NCBI RefSeq assembly: GCF_006345805.1
Contig: NC_042999.1
Coordinates: 123,070,001-123,134,000, forward strand
DNA: 64,000 nt
Direction: 5' to 3'
Source of the DNA: Octopus sinensis
Lineage: Eukaryota
In this document: piece by piece, positions 49,760 through 60,900 of the stretch
Numbering within the stretch: the stretch's first letter is position 1
Layout of the letters: the number at the start of each line of letters is the position of its first letter
Program-made: the position numbers and the translations under genes
The notes under the pieces: generated by a model
Databases searched by the model: none
What the model saw: only the letters and a program-made list of their open reading frames with translations
Told to the model about the DNA's origin: nothing

Positions 49760-49960
49760 AATTAGGCATAGGGACTGCAATTTTGAAGTGGCTGGGGTAG
49801 TCAGTACCATTTAGCCCAATGTGTGACTCTTACTTCATTGACCCTGAAATGCAAAATTTACTTCAGTGGGATTTGAACTCAGAATGCAAAGATGTAGAAC
49901 AAATACTACAAAGCATTTTTACTCAAGCTCTAAAAATTCTGCTAATCTATCATACTTCAT
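49760..49960 (-). mobile_element. Family A SINE, old copy
   Basis: ttgaccctgaaatgcaaaatttacttcagtgggatttgaactcagaatg... Confidence 0.75.
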
Positions 49961-50112
49961 CATATAAATAGTAATAATAATAATCTAAGGGGCTGAGAAA
50001 TTGCTTCCTGCGTATTCTGAACATTTGTCTATTTTGATGTTATTAATAAGGATTGTTATAGCATTCATCCATTGAATTACATGTCCCCCTATTTAAGTCT
50101 ATTATGACTTAC

Positions 50113-50212
50113 NNNNNNNNNNNNNNNNNNNNNNNNNNNNNNNNNNNNNNNNNNNNNNNNNNNNNNNNNNNNNNNNNNNNNNNNNNNNNNNNNNNNNNNN
50201 NNNNNNNNNNNN
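50113..50212. other. Assembly gap (100 N)
   Basis: Run of N adjacent to a TA microsatellite. Confidence 1.
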
Positions 50213-50217
50213 ATATG

Positions 50218-50252
<35 letters not shown>

Positions 50253-50873
50253 ATACTTGCCCAGGCATTGGTCAGCAACTTTGAGCTATAGTTGAAGAAA
50301 CTTGCCTAAGGTGTAGTGCCATGCAACTAGACCTGAAAATGCATAGTTGCAAACTTCATAACCACAGAGCTTCTATGTAAAATATAGATTATATCTATAT
50401 ACGTATAAATATATTCTATATCTTCATGCATATGTCTACACACATGTCTCTGTACATATATATTTATATATAAATGTGTGTATTGGAGCTTCTGGTGCCA
50501 ATGCCAAGCAGTACAGTATGTAGTCTCCAAATTTCTGACAGAATGAATTGCATCATGGTGCTGTTAATCTCACAGACAGTGCCCAACTGACCCTACTATT
50601 CTGTGTGGTCAACAAAATAAAAAGTAAACAGTGCACATACATGAAATTATAAATATAGTGGCAACAATTTACCCATCGCACCCTGTATATATATATATAT
50701 ATATATACATACACACACATACATATATATATTGTGTAAGGTATAAGTTAGAGGTTTTTGAATCCGCTAAGGGATAGATATATCCAAAGGCACTCCTAGG
50801 AATTACCTCAGTAAGTGTCTTTGGTGCTAAAAAGGCATTATTTATTTAATATGTTAAGCATGGTGAGGGTAAA

Positions 50874-50922
50874 AGTGAGTTTATAGCTGTTTCTGTGTAC
50901 CATAACTGGTACATAGCATTAG
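50874..50922 (-). ncRNA. Second, more decayed hammerhead copy in the inverted pLTR
   Basis: Reverse complement: gctaatgc-tatgtacc-agttat-ggtacaca-GAAACAGCTATA-aactcac. The CUGAUGA core is mutated. Confidence 0.45.
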
Positions 50923-52119
50923 CAAAAGAACTTCACACTTCTCTTCCAACCTAGATAGCTTTAACAAGTATAAGGAATTCTACAGTAGTGCATTAGAAAA
51001 CGCAGGTATAAACCAAAAAATTAAATACCTAGACTTAGAAAACTATACAAATAACCAGAACAACATACATGCCCAAGACAATTATCACAACACTAACCAC
51101 AATCCAAATGAAACGTAATCGCAAATAACCATATGAAATCTTATATAGGAGCCATGATAAACGAAATGATACTTAGATACAATTCCCATCAATCTACCAT
51201 TAGAAACAGAAGTAAAGCAAACTCTACAGGACTGAGTAGCTATATTTGAGAATTAAAAAACAAAAAATCGACTATAGTTTAGAATGGTGGATCCTAGCAA
51301 AAACTTTGTTCTATAACATTAACAATAAGTGATGTGAACTCTGTATAACAGAAAAACTACTAATTTTAATGGCCAAATCAGATTCATATCCTCCTTTAAG
51401 TTTCTTTAAACCCATTCATTCATGTATACACCACTTTCTGCTAGCTTAATTGTTATTAGCACACCTACTTATCAACGTATTACCTACCTTTAACCTTCCC
51501 AAACCTTAATTAGCTTACGCATATCCAATCTGCATTATAAATAGATATTTAATATCTACATTCTATGCTAACCTACTCCAACCCACAATATCAATAAATA
51601 ATTTGTATACCTAATCAACATACTAGCCTACTTTTTTTCCTATAATTCATTTCAGTAGAGAATGACCTACTCTTTTTACATGGAAAATTTCCCCTTTCTT
51701 TCTTTTTCTTTGCATTGCACTCCTCAAACCAAATATTATTCCAACACTTTGTCTATTTACACACTAAAACGTATTGCTGTTAGATATAAACTTTACCCTT
51801 ATTTATGGCTTCCTTTGTAAATATACGAACTACCTACAACCTATAAGTTAATGACACATAGGTTCTAATAACCACATCGGTTATCCCTAATTAGGGATAA
51901 CTCCCTCAGATTACACTGGCAGTCAACTAGCCAAACAGGCAGACATGTGGAAGTCATGCTAATAATTAATTACGAGACCTTAGATCTACCTCACAATGGA
52001 TTTAATGAACTTTGAACCTAACTAAAATGTAAAACTTTCGAATCATTGAACATTCTCATTTCTGGTTTCTCCCTTTATCTTTCGCTCTAGTCTCCTCTTT
52101 GTCTATCTCTGCCTTCTTT

Positions 52120-52200
52120 GTTCTGATGATGTCTACCATTTGCAATGAGGTAAATATATATTTACCTCAATTTATGGTACACAGAAATAACTGTAAATTC
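52120..52200 (+). ncRNA. Degenerate hammerhead ribozyme in the Penelope pLTR
   Basis: gtt-CTGATGA-tgtctacc...ggtacaca-GAAA-taact-GTA-aatt. The inverted copy reads GAAACAGCTATA, so the consensus helix III is the palindrome ACAGCTGT. Confidence 0.6.
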
Positions 52201-52849
52201 ACTCTTACCCTCACCTTGCTTAACTAATTAAAGACACACTTCTCATTGTTGTTTTTCCTCCATTTTCTTATCATCTATATATTTATATGAAGTGTGTGTG
52301 TGTGTGTGTAGTAATGTAAGCACACAGTGTTATAAATCCATTGCAGTCAATTTTACCAATTAGTTTGACATTGGATATTAGGCAACCTAATAATTATGCT
52401 CATCAGAGATGGCAGGTATGGGAAAAATGAGGTCTGCTCTTTGTTACTGGTGGTTGTTGTTGTTGTTGTTAAGCATCAAGATGGGTAAGGGTGATTAGGT
52501 GATGGTCTAGGGCTTAGGGGCGGGAGACCCCAGACCTTGGGGAAATAAAAAAACCTTGGTCGTCTTGTTGTAGTTGAGGGCTCTTCATTGACGCCCACCA
52601 CCACTGGGAGGTGGCCCTTGAAGTTACTGGAAATGGAGATCTCCAGGTCCAAATTCTTGGACAGCTGTTACTGGTGATGAGGAGGTGTCACATCTTGTTT
52701 GTGGTTGCTTTAAAGAAGATGAAACAAAGAAGTAGGAGACAAGTTAGCAAAAATTATGTCCCTTAGTCCACCTCTCAAATCTTTATGAGCTGGGAGGCAG
52801 CAAAAGTGTGCCTTAATATGTGTGTAAGTGGTGTGGGTACAAATGCATA

Positions 52850-53590
52850 TGTATATCTATACGTATTTAGTTTGGTTTGGTCAAAGCTTTGCTTGGTGGT
52901 TCTCAGGATGTGATGGTGGAAATCTTAGTTTGAGCCCATTTATCAGCCATCATGTATACTCTCTCATGAGAACATGGTCTAAATATTATTCTCCTGCAGT
53001 TTAGATAGATGTTTGGGATATTTTAAAGTAATTCTTCCCTTGGCTACATATAGCCTGCACTTTCTGCTACTGTTCAAATAAAGCTTGGTCTTCTCCAGGA
53101 TTTTCCATTTGATCTTGTAATCTGTGACTGACGCTTTACATCAAAGACCATGTATTCATAACCAGGGCTGTAGCATTGCATTTCTTTTGGTGATTAAAGA
53201 ATGGCCTATGGTTGATAAATCTGCTCCTGAAAGGAGCTTCTGTTATGGCCATATATTTCCACATTTTTAACTGTAGTGAGAGTGACATGACTCTTGATAA
53301 GTCCCCCTCACATTTGTCTCCCATGACTTCCTTTCATCTTTACAGCAACCACAAACCAGATGTGACGCTTTGTCACTTTCTGTAACAAGAGAGCAATTGT
53401 CATTTTTTTCCATACTTACCTTCACTGATGAGCACATTTGTTAGACAATCTTTCAGAAACCTAATATCTGGTGTGAAACTGGTTGAAAAGATTGATTGTA
53501 ATGGAACTACAATACTGTATAATGTGATTGATATACCCACTCTGTTAACAAATGTAGGAGTACATGTTTTTCTGACTTACAGATTATTAG
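52850..53590 (-). mobile_element. Second Penelope-like element remnant (GIY-YIG)
   Basis: ORF 53136-53324: KMWKYMAITEAPFRSRFINHRPFFNHQKKCNATAL..W.L, the PLE YIG..F..R..NH..T.LS..W.L pattern. Confidence 0.75.
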
Positions 53591-53594
53591 ACAA

Positions 53595-53640
<46 letters not shown>

Positions 53641-53643
<3 letters not shown>

Positions 53644-53945
53644 TCATCATCATCATCCGCTTTCCATGCTAGCATGGGTTGGATGGTTCAACTGGGGTCT
53701 GGGAAGCCAGAAGGCTGCACCAGGCTAGTCTGATCTGGCAATGTTTCTACGGCTGGATGCTCTTCCTAATGCCAACCACTCCGTGAGTGTGGTGGGTACT
53801 TTTACATGCCAGACAAGGCTGGCAACGGCCACGATCGGATGGTTTTTTTTACTTGCCACCGGCATGAGGCCAGTCGGGGCGGTGCTGGCAACGGCCACAT
53901 TCAGATGGTTCTCTTACGTACCACCAGCACTGGTGTCACAGCTGC
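53641..53945 (-). mobile_element. (CAT)n-tailed retroposon with internal tandem repeats
   Basis: Same family as 40003-40320. The tail abuts a (TA)n run. Confidence 0.85.
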
Positions 53946-54239
53946 AATTTCCATTGATGCTGATTGATTTTGATTTTGATTTTTTTTTTTTGATTATATA
54001 TATATATACACACGCACACACACACACACACACCACAACTTGCAAGCACAGAACCTGAATGCACTGTGATCTCAGAGTTACCAGGCAATGAGAGACTTGG
54101 GGATCAGTATGTATAATGATCTGTCGTTTTATGTGCATCTTACCAAAATTGCAATAAAAGGTAGATAATTGTCAATTTGAACACTTAGATCCTTCACGAC
54201 AAGGGACTAAGTAGTAATATTGACCCTGTGGAAGATCTT

Positions 54240-54720
54240 TGCTCTCAGCCTTCTGGGCTATTGCTCTCAGCTGTGGCCACCATATACTGCAAAACAAACT
54301 GATTGAAATGATTCAATGCCATGACATTGAAAAGATTGCCACAGTGCAGCAGATGAACTACTGAGAGGGGTTGAAGAAGTCTATAACTTTATTCCCAAGA
54401 ATGAAGATGCAAGAGATATCTATCGACATACATGTGGGAAATTTTGAAGTGGTAGCATCTAACTTTCACATCTAGAGGTATACAAATTCCTTTACAAGAC
54501 ATCTCTGCATTGTACTGAAAGTACCATCTGCTCCATCTAAAGTGGGGATCAGATGCTGCTATAATTTAGGTTTCAAAGTCCCACTGCTCTTCAATGCTCT
54601 GCCAAAAGAATTAAAATATTTACACAATGTGGATGCCTTCAGAAAGTAATTTAACAGCCTCCCATACATGATATCAGATGAGCAAACATCCCGTGCCAAA
54701 CTCCCTCACACCCCAGATGA
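54240..54720 (+). mobile_element. CR1-like LINE 3' fragment, old
   Basis: YCSQLWPP.., ..YMWEILK.., NLGFKVPLLFNALPKELKYLHNVDAFRK..ISDE.., homologous to 4480-4850. Confidence 0.72.
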
Positions 54721-56139
54721 GATCACAATCAGGAAAAACAACCACATTGCATGAGTGGTTATATGTGATCCTATCACCTAGAAGAAATCAACCGCTTAAG
54801 ACAGCTGGGAAAAAGTAGAATGTCATATTGATTCCCTCCAGCATGACCACATCCACATGCATAAAAGAAATGTGTGCGTTGCTGCTATCACTAATATCTC
54901 ATTCGTTTATACTCTGTTAAATTTTTGTGACACTGCTGGTTGTTTCACCATTATTATACTATATCTGATTTTTGTTCTGGAATTTTGTCTGAGTGTGGGC
55001 TGCTGCTGATGATCTGCTGAACAGTGAAGCCCTGTGATGTGGCAGAGCCATCCACTGGTGCAGATGATCATTTCATCAGCCAAATATAGTCAATGCTCAA
55101 TGAGACTGTCATCAACATGAAATGGTATCTCTGGACATAAAAAGCAGTTTAAGGCATCAAGACAACATAATAGGGCATAATAGGTTTATATTTGTTTGTA
55201 TGTGGTTTCTGTGTCATGAACAGTGATAAGCTGTCATTCTATGTAGAGGACGGAAACAAAGTCAATGGATGCAGATACAAAATAAGCAAGAATAAAGAAA
55301 AACCCATTATTAATTAGAGAAAAAAGTTCAATGTAATTTTTTCCCACCTTCATCAGTCATAAATTATGCTCTCTTTTCTACAACATATAGTAATACCCTG
55401 AGATAACATTTGACCAATTCTCCTGTGTCTGTTTCTGTGCATCAGCTGCATTAGTATATTGATAGCACCATACGTGACTGAAATCCAGTACTGTCCAAAA
55501 CTCAAACGCCAGCACTTAAAGACATACATTATTTATGCATATAGATACACTATATAATGCACGTTTTATTGATAATAAAATTATTTTACTTGCCATATTC
55601 ATTTGCATAATTGCCTGATCATTTGAATATAGCAACAATTCAATTGCATGGTCATCAGAATACAGTAATATTTCATACTTGTTCATTCTTACTAACATTA
55701 ATGTAAATACTGAAGCAACACCCCACCCTCTTCCCTTTCTCATACACATGTACACAAACACACATGCTCTGATGTAAATGGGAGGGAACAGATATTATTC
55801 AACTATAATTGCTGACATTTATTTATGGGTAAATATATACTTGTGCATTGTGCATTATTTTCTTTAATGTATGTGTAAACATGTCAAAAATAAATCGTAT
55901 TTTGTTTTCAAATATGAATGGAGTTAACGTGAAGCCTCTAGAGTCTCGTTCATCAACACCAGAAAACAAACAAAACTGCTGTACATCCACTCATGAAATA
56001 TACATAGCTCAAACCATTTCATTTATTGTGAATAGTAGGTCTTCTAATTGGTGATAAACTTTTCAGGAAGATACATTTCTCAAATTTGCATTACAAGTAT
56101 TAGGTTTTGTTTTCAAGGAGAGAAATATTGCTTTCAAAT

Positions 56140-56345
56140 CTTGGCCCAGGGTTATCACTTTCAAGGGTTGGGGTAAGTCAATTACATCGACCCCACTGCT
56201 CAACTGATACTTACTTTATCAACCTCCCAAAAGATGAAAGGTAAAGTCAGCCTTGATGGAATTTGAACTCAGAACATAAAGACGGACTAAATGCCTCTAA
56301 GTCTTTTGCCTAGCATGCTAACAACTCTACCAGCTCACCACCTTT
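56140..56345 (-). mobile_element. Family A SINE
   Basis: acatcgaccccactgctcaactgatactt..atgaaaggtaaagtcagcc..atttgaactcagaac..ccagctcacca. Confidence 0.88.
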
Positions 56346-56779
56346 TCAAGGACAGAAATATTTAAACCATTTAGAATTCCTGACCTAAACATTCCACTGT
56401 CCTAAACCTTCCATTGTAGAGTTTTATGGACAAATCTAGGATCATTCATGTATTATGCACATGTTTTTGCAGAATGTAGCCCCTTATCCCACCAAAAATA
56501 TAACAATAGTAGCAATATCCACCTAAAAGATAAACTTTGTAGATGGATACTAGTAGATACTAACCAAAACACTATAATTTCAAGTTGTTGGGGGTCATTC
56601 CTCTTTTCTGTTGTTACAACATTGACTGTAAATGCTCACATATCTAAACCATCTGTATAAACTTGCCATTATTTCTACCATCTATAACATCTAAACCATA
56701 CTAAACCCTTTACACTTCGTACCAGAGCTGTTGTTCATTTGCAATTTTCCATGAAAACATGTTGGGCCATTATGCTGAT

Positions 56780-57450
56780 CATTTTTTAGAAGAAGGACAT
56801 CCTGAGTTCAAATTCTGCTAGGCTTGACTTTGTTCTTACTCCTTTTGGGTTGAATAAAATAAGTTCCAATTATAGACTGAGTTTGATGTAATTTCCCACC
56901 AAATATCAGGCAATGTGTCTATTGAAGAAAAAATTATTATTATTATTCTTATAACCAAACAGAAGGCTCTGAGCTGGCAGAATCATTAGCATGCTGGACG
57001 CAATGCTTAGCAGTATTTTGTCTGTCACTACGTTCTGAGTTCAAATTCTGCTGAGGTCAACTTTACCTTTCATTATTTCAAGGTCAATAAATTATTACAT
57101 TTATTCGAGGTCAATAAATGATTACATTGTCCCCAGTTGAATATTGAGGACAATGTAATCAACTATACCACCCTCCTTTAAATTTCAAGCCTAGTGCCCA
57201 TAATAGAAAGGATTATTAGAACCAAACAGAGTAGTTACCACATTGGACAAGATGTTTAGCAGCATTTCTTCCAACTCCTTTTGTTCTGAATTGCAATTCC
57301 ACCAAGGTCAAGTGCGCCTTTCATCCCTCTGTGGTGGTGGTGGGGGGGGGGATGAAACAAAGTATCAATCAAGTACTGGACTTGATGTCATCAACTTGCC
57401 TCCTCCCTTCCAAATTACTATGCCAAAATTAGAATTATTATATTTACTAA
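56780..57450 (+). mobile_element. Cluster of three family A SINE copies; middle copy flanked by the direct repeat aaccaaacaga
   Basis: gagttcaaattctgct heads at ~56805 and ~57037 and a third worn head at ~57285. aaccaaacaga occurs at ~56953 and ~57221. Confidence 0.8.
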
Positions 57451-57604
57451 TCATGCAGGCATATTGTCACACCAAATATATATTATTTCTAAAAGAAATT
57501 AATTTCATATATATATATATATATACACACACATACATACACATATGATTTTGGTGCGAATGGTATTTTTATATAAGGTTAAAGCTTATGGCGATCACCA
57601 TGCA

Positions 57605-57740
57605 ATAACTAAGGAAAATAGTCTAATAAAGGGGCACATAAGCCCTTGACAGAAAAAAGAAGGCTTTGCTATCCATATGTGAGGGTAGGATCTGTCATGG
57701 GCTTATATGCCCCTTTATTAGACTATTTTCCTAAGTCATA
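57605..57740. repeat. Inverted repeat / MITE-like hairpin with ~45-bp arms
   Basis: aggaaaatagtctaataaaggggcacataagcccttgacaga versus tctgtcatgggcttatatgcccctttattagactattttcct (2 mismatches). Confidence 0.88.
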
Positions 57741-57758
57741 CACATGCAAATATATATA

Positions 57759-57808
<50 letters not shown>

Positions 57809-58108
57809 ATTAATTTTTCTTAGTTTTTAAAAATGAGATATATACATGTTGTGAGATAATTTAATATGGCTGGTCAGTCTTGCAGCCATTTTTCTATATC
57901 TATTTTCTGTCCATTTTTGTTGCTAACAGCATATCAGTTTTATTCTTTAATGTTATTTCTTTCTCCTACAAAATGTTTAATTCTAATAGATTTCAACATT
58001 CTTGCTAATACCTGCCTGCATTTTCCTCTGTCCCTGTACCTTCTTTTGTGTGCACCAATTAAAATTACCCTTGCTGCCAACTTTAATTCATTTTAGTGCT
58101 TTTTTTAG

Positions 58109-58118
58109 GAGTTTCTAC
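58109..58118 (+). CDS. Candidate 10-nt microexon (GAGTTTCTAC)
   Basis: ttttagtgctttttttag|GAGTTTCTAC|gtaagt; UGC in the tract; perfect intronic donor. Not frame-preserving alone. Confidence 0.42.
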
Positions 58119-58559
58119 GTAAGTGTACAGCTTGTACATTGTTCGTGTTATTCCTAACTCCTCTCATTTTTTACATCTCCATTTTTTTTAGATTCTACTG
58201 TTTTAGTATTTGGTGTTGGTTCCTTGTCTGTTGCTATCATTGCTTTTGTTAATGAAAAACATATACATGGTAGTACATTACCATTATTCAAGACGACTAG
58301 AAATAGGTCACCAAGTGAAAGTGAAGGTTGTAATGTGTTAAGAAGAAATAAAAAGATTATTAGTTTGGACATAAAACTTGATTAAACAAAAATGTGATGT
58401 GGGAGACTAACTCATCTATATTGTAAATGCTTGGAGTTCCTCAGTGGAAATAATGTGAAACAATAAAAACAGTTTGAGTTCAAGTGTTTAGTCAGGTATT
58501 TTGTTAGTTGTTTGAACATTGGTTTCTCATAGGTCTGATATAATGTTTCCTATGATAGA

Positions 58560-59760
58560 GTTCCTGAGTGTGTGTGGTTAAATGATCAGAGTGAACATAA
58601 TGTGCTAATAAACACAGCACCCATTCCTGCAAAAGTTAAAAGTTTGTGTAATAATTTACAGAGAGAAGTACAACATTTGATGCAAAACATTCTCTGTCTA
58701 GTAAAGGCTGGTTTGAAAGGTTTAAGAGGTATCTTATTTTACATATTAGAATGACCAGTGAAGATGCTAGGACTGATACAAAGGCTGCCATTAATTAACC
58801 TGAAGAGCTGAAGAAAATAATTGCTAAGGGAGGTTGTACACCAGAACAAGTGTACAATGTCGATGAAATTGTGCTTACTTAATGTGAAGAATAATTGGCT
58901 TCCAAAAATTTTCTGGAGCTTTTTGTAGGAAAAAGGCAGCTGGTAATATGAAAGTAAAGCTCGTACTTGTGTATCACTGAAAATCCAATGGCTTATGAAA
59001 GGCTTCTCAAAATTTAATCTGTTTGTGATTTAACGTTGAGGAAGGGCTGAATGACAATGATCTTTCTCTGAAACAATTTTACAAATTTTCTTTTGCCCCA
59101 CTTTTGGAAGTTAAGGTATCAGCATAATATTTCTAACAATGCGTTGCTCATTCTAGACAATCTATGAAGCCACCCAGTGAACATAAAAGACTTTTCTGAT
59201 AATATGAGAACATAACTTCTTGGCTCAAGCCAATGAATCTAGGTGTAATAGTTAACTTCTGGGTATAGTATTTGAGAAGATATTTAAATTAACTCATAAA
59301 AAGATGATAAACCTACAGTTAGAATCTATTTGGAAAAGTTCAATATTATGGACGCTGTAGATAACATGCCTGAGTCATGAAATATTAACCTTCAGCTATG
59401 AATTATGTTTGGATATGCAGATAGTCAGTCTGCATCCATGAATTTAACTGACATAACTGATTTTCTATTAGCAGAAAGCCTACACCAATTTCAATACAAT
59501 ATTGTAACAGCAACAAATGATGTAGTTTTACAATCATAGATGATGTAGTTGAGTTGCTAAGGTCCCAAGAATAAGTCTATTTAATGAGGAGCTCATGCAG
59601 TTTGAACAAGAGCTAGTTGTAGAGCAAGGAGTGTACACACACACACATGGATGTTAAATGATGATGATGATTTATATAAGGTTTCTCCATTCCACTTCAG
59701 TTGGCTGCAAGATATTTGGTTAATCTGTTGGTGCTTATAAAGAAAGGTTTGTAAGTCTTT
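58560..59760 (+). mobile_element. Tigger/pogo transposase remnant (CENP-B HTH plus DDE_1)
   Basis: SSKGWFERFKR, GCTPEQVYNVDEIVL, AAGNMKVKLVLVYH.ENP, ALLILDN..GHP-like, QPMNLGVI.NF..YLR. Many frameshifts. Confidence 0.85.
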
Positions 59761-60309
59761 GTTGAAAACACTCCCTACCATTAATGTAACATTAAAATTA
59801 CAAGGGAAACTCACAATGCATTCTGTTCCTACACTGAGCTGCACAAAAAGATGGTATGCTATAAACATCAAACAGCTTTGGATAAGCCCTTCACCACTTG
59901 AACAGATGCTAATGGTGATCAACAAGAAAGAAGATAATGCACCTCTTCTTCCTAGTAACTCCCATTGCACCACCTCTCAGCATGCAGCAGTCAGTATCTT
60001 TTGTCATCATTATGTACCCTATCCTATTATGATATTATCGAATTCTTATTCATTCCCTTGTGTGTATCTCTTCAAATATTTTTCATATATCCATACAGCA
60101 CTGTGTGAGTTTGCAAATTGTTATTTTCATGCGTAAAGTGGTTGCTTTTTTGAAAAAAAAATTATGCTGGAATTCATCTCAATTTATAACATGAAAATCA
60201 ATGAAAAACTTGATACATGATTCTGCATTATAGTAAGATTTTCAAAGGCCCAATGTTTCAGCAGCCTCTTTTTCTTTCTCTTACCCATGCCTCCTATACT
60301 CCTAAGTTT

Positions 60310-60351
<42 letters not shown>

Positions 60352-60523
60352 AAACTTCAAATCAATCCTTCAAAAATCTCTAGTCATTATTTGCCTGAGG
60401 ATCCTGTGAATATGCAGGCAAAAATCCAAAGTAGCAAGAAACTAATTTGGTCAAAGAAAACATATTAGTCTCTGCTATGGTATTGAGAACTCTATCTCCT
60501 GATACTCAACATGAGTGTGTCTG

Positions 60524-60602
<79 letters not shown>

Positions 60603-60726
60603 ATATATATATATACACACACCACACACACACACATATATATATACACATATGTATATATATATATATATATATACACATATATGTATATATATATAGG
60701 TGAGAAAGTTGGTGTATACACATATG

Positions 60727-60776
<50 letters not shown>

Positions 60777-60811
60777 TGAGAAAGTTGGTGTATACACATA
60801 TATGTGTATGT

Positions 60812-60876
<65 letters not shown>

Positions 60877-60900
60877 CACACACACACACACATATGTATG
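60310..60900. repeat. TA/CA microsatellites with an internal duplicated unique 30-mer
   Basis: taggtgagaaagttggtgtatacacatat occurs twice (~60697 and ~60774). Confidence 0.97.

Larger units (their letters stand above)
50790..52260 (+). mobile_element. Penelope-like element (GIY-YIG endonuclease remnant) with inverted terminal segment
   Basis: SYIGAMINEMILRYNSHQSTIRNRSKANSTGLSSYIWELKNK..DYSLEWWILAK...CELCITEKLLIL at ~51140-51375. 50850-50915 is the reverse complement of ~52170-52235. Confidence 0.85.

Noticed and set aside
52930-52970. ctgataa...aaac on the minus strand as a third PLE hammerhead
   Set aside because: Core is mutated and no consistent helix II or III could be drawn.
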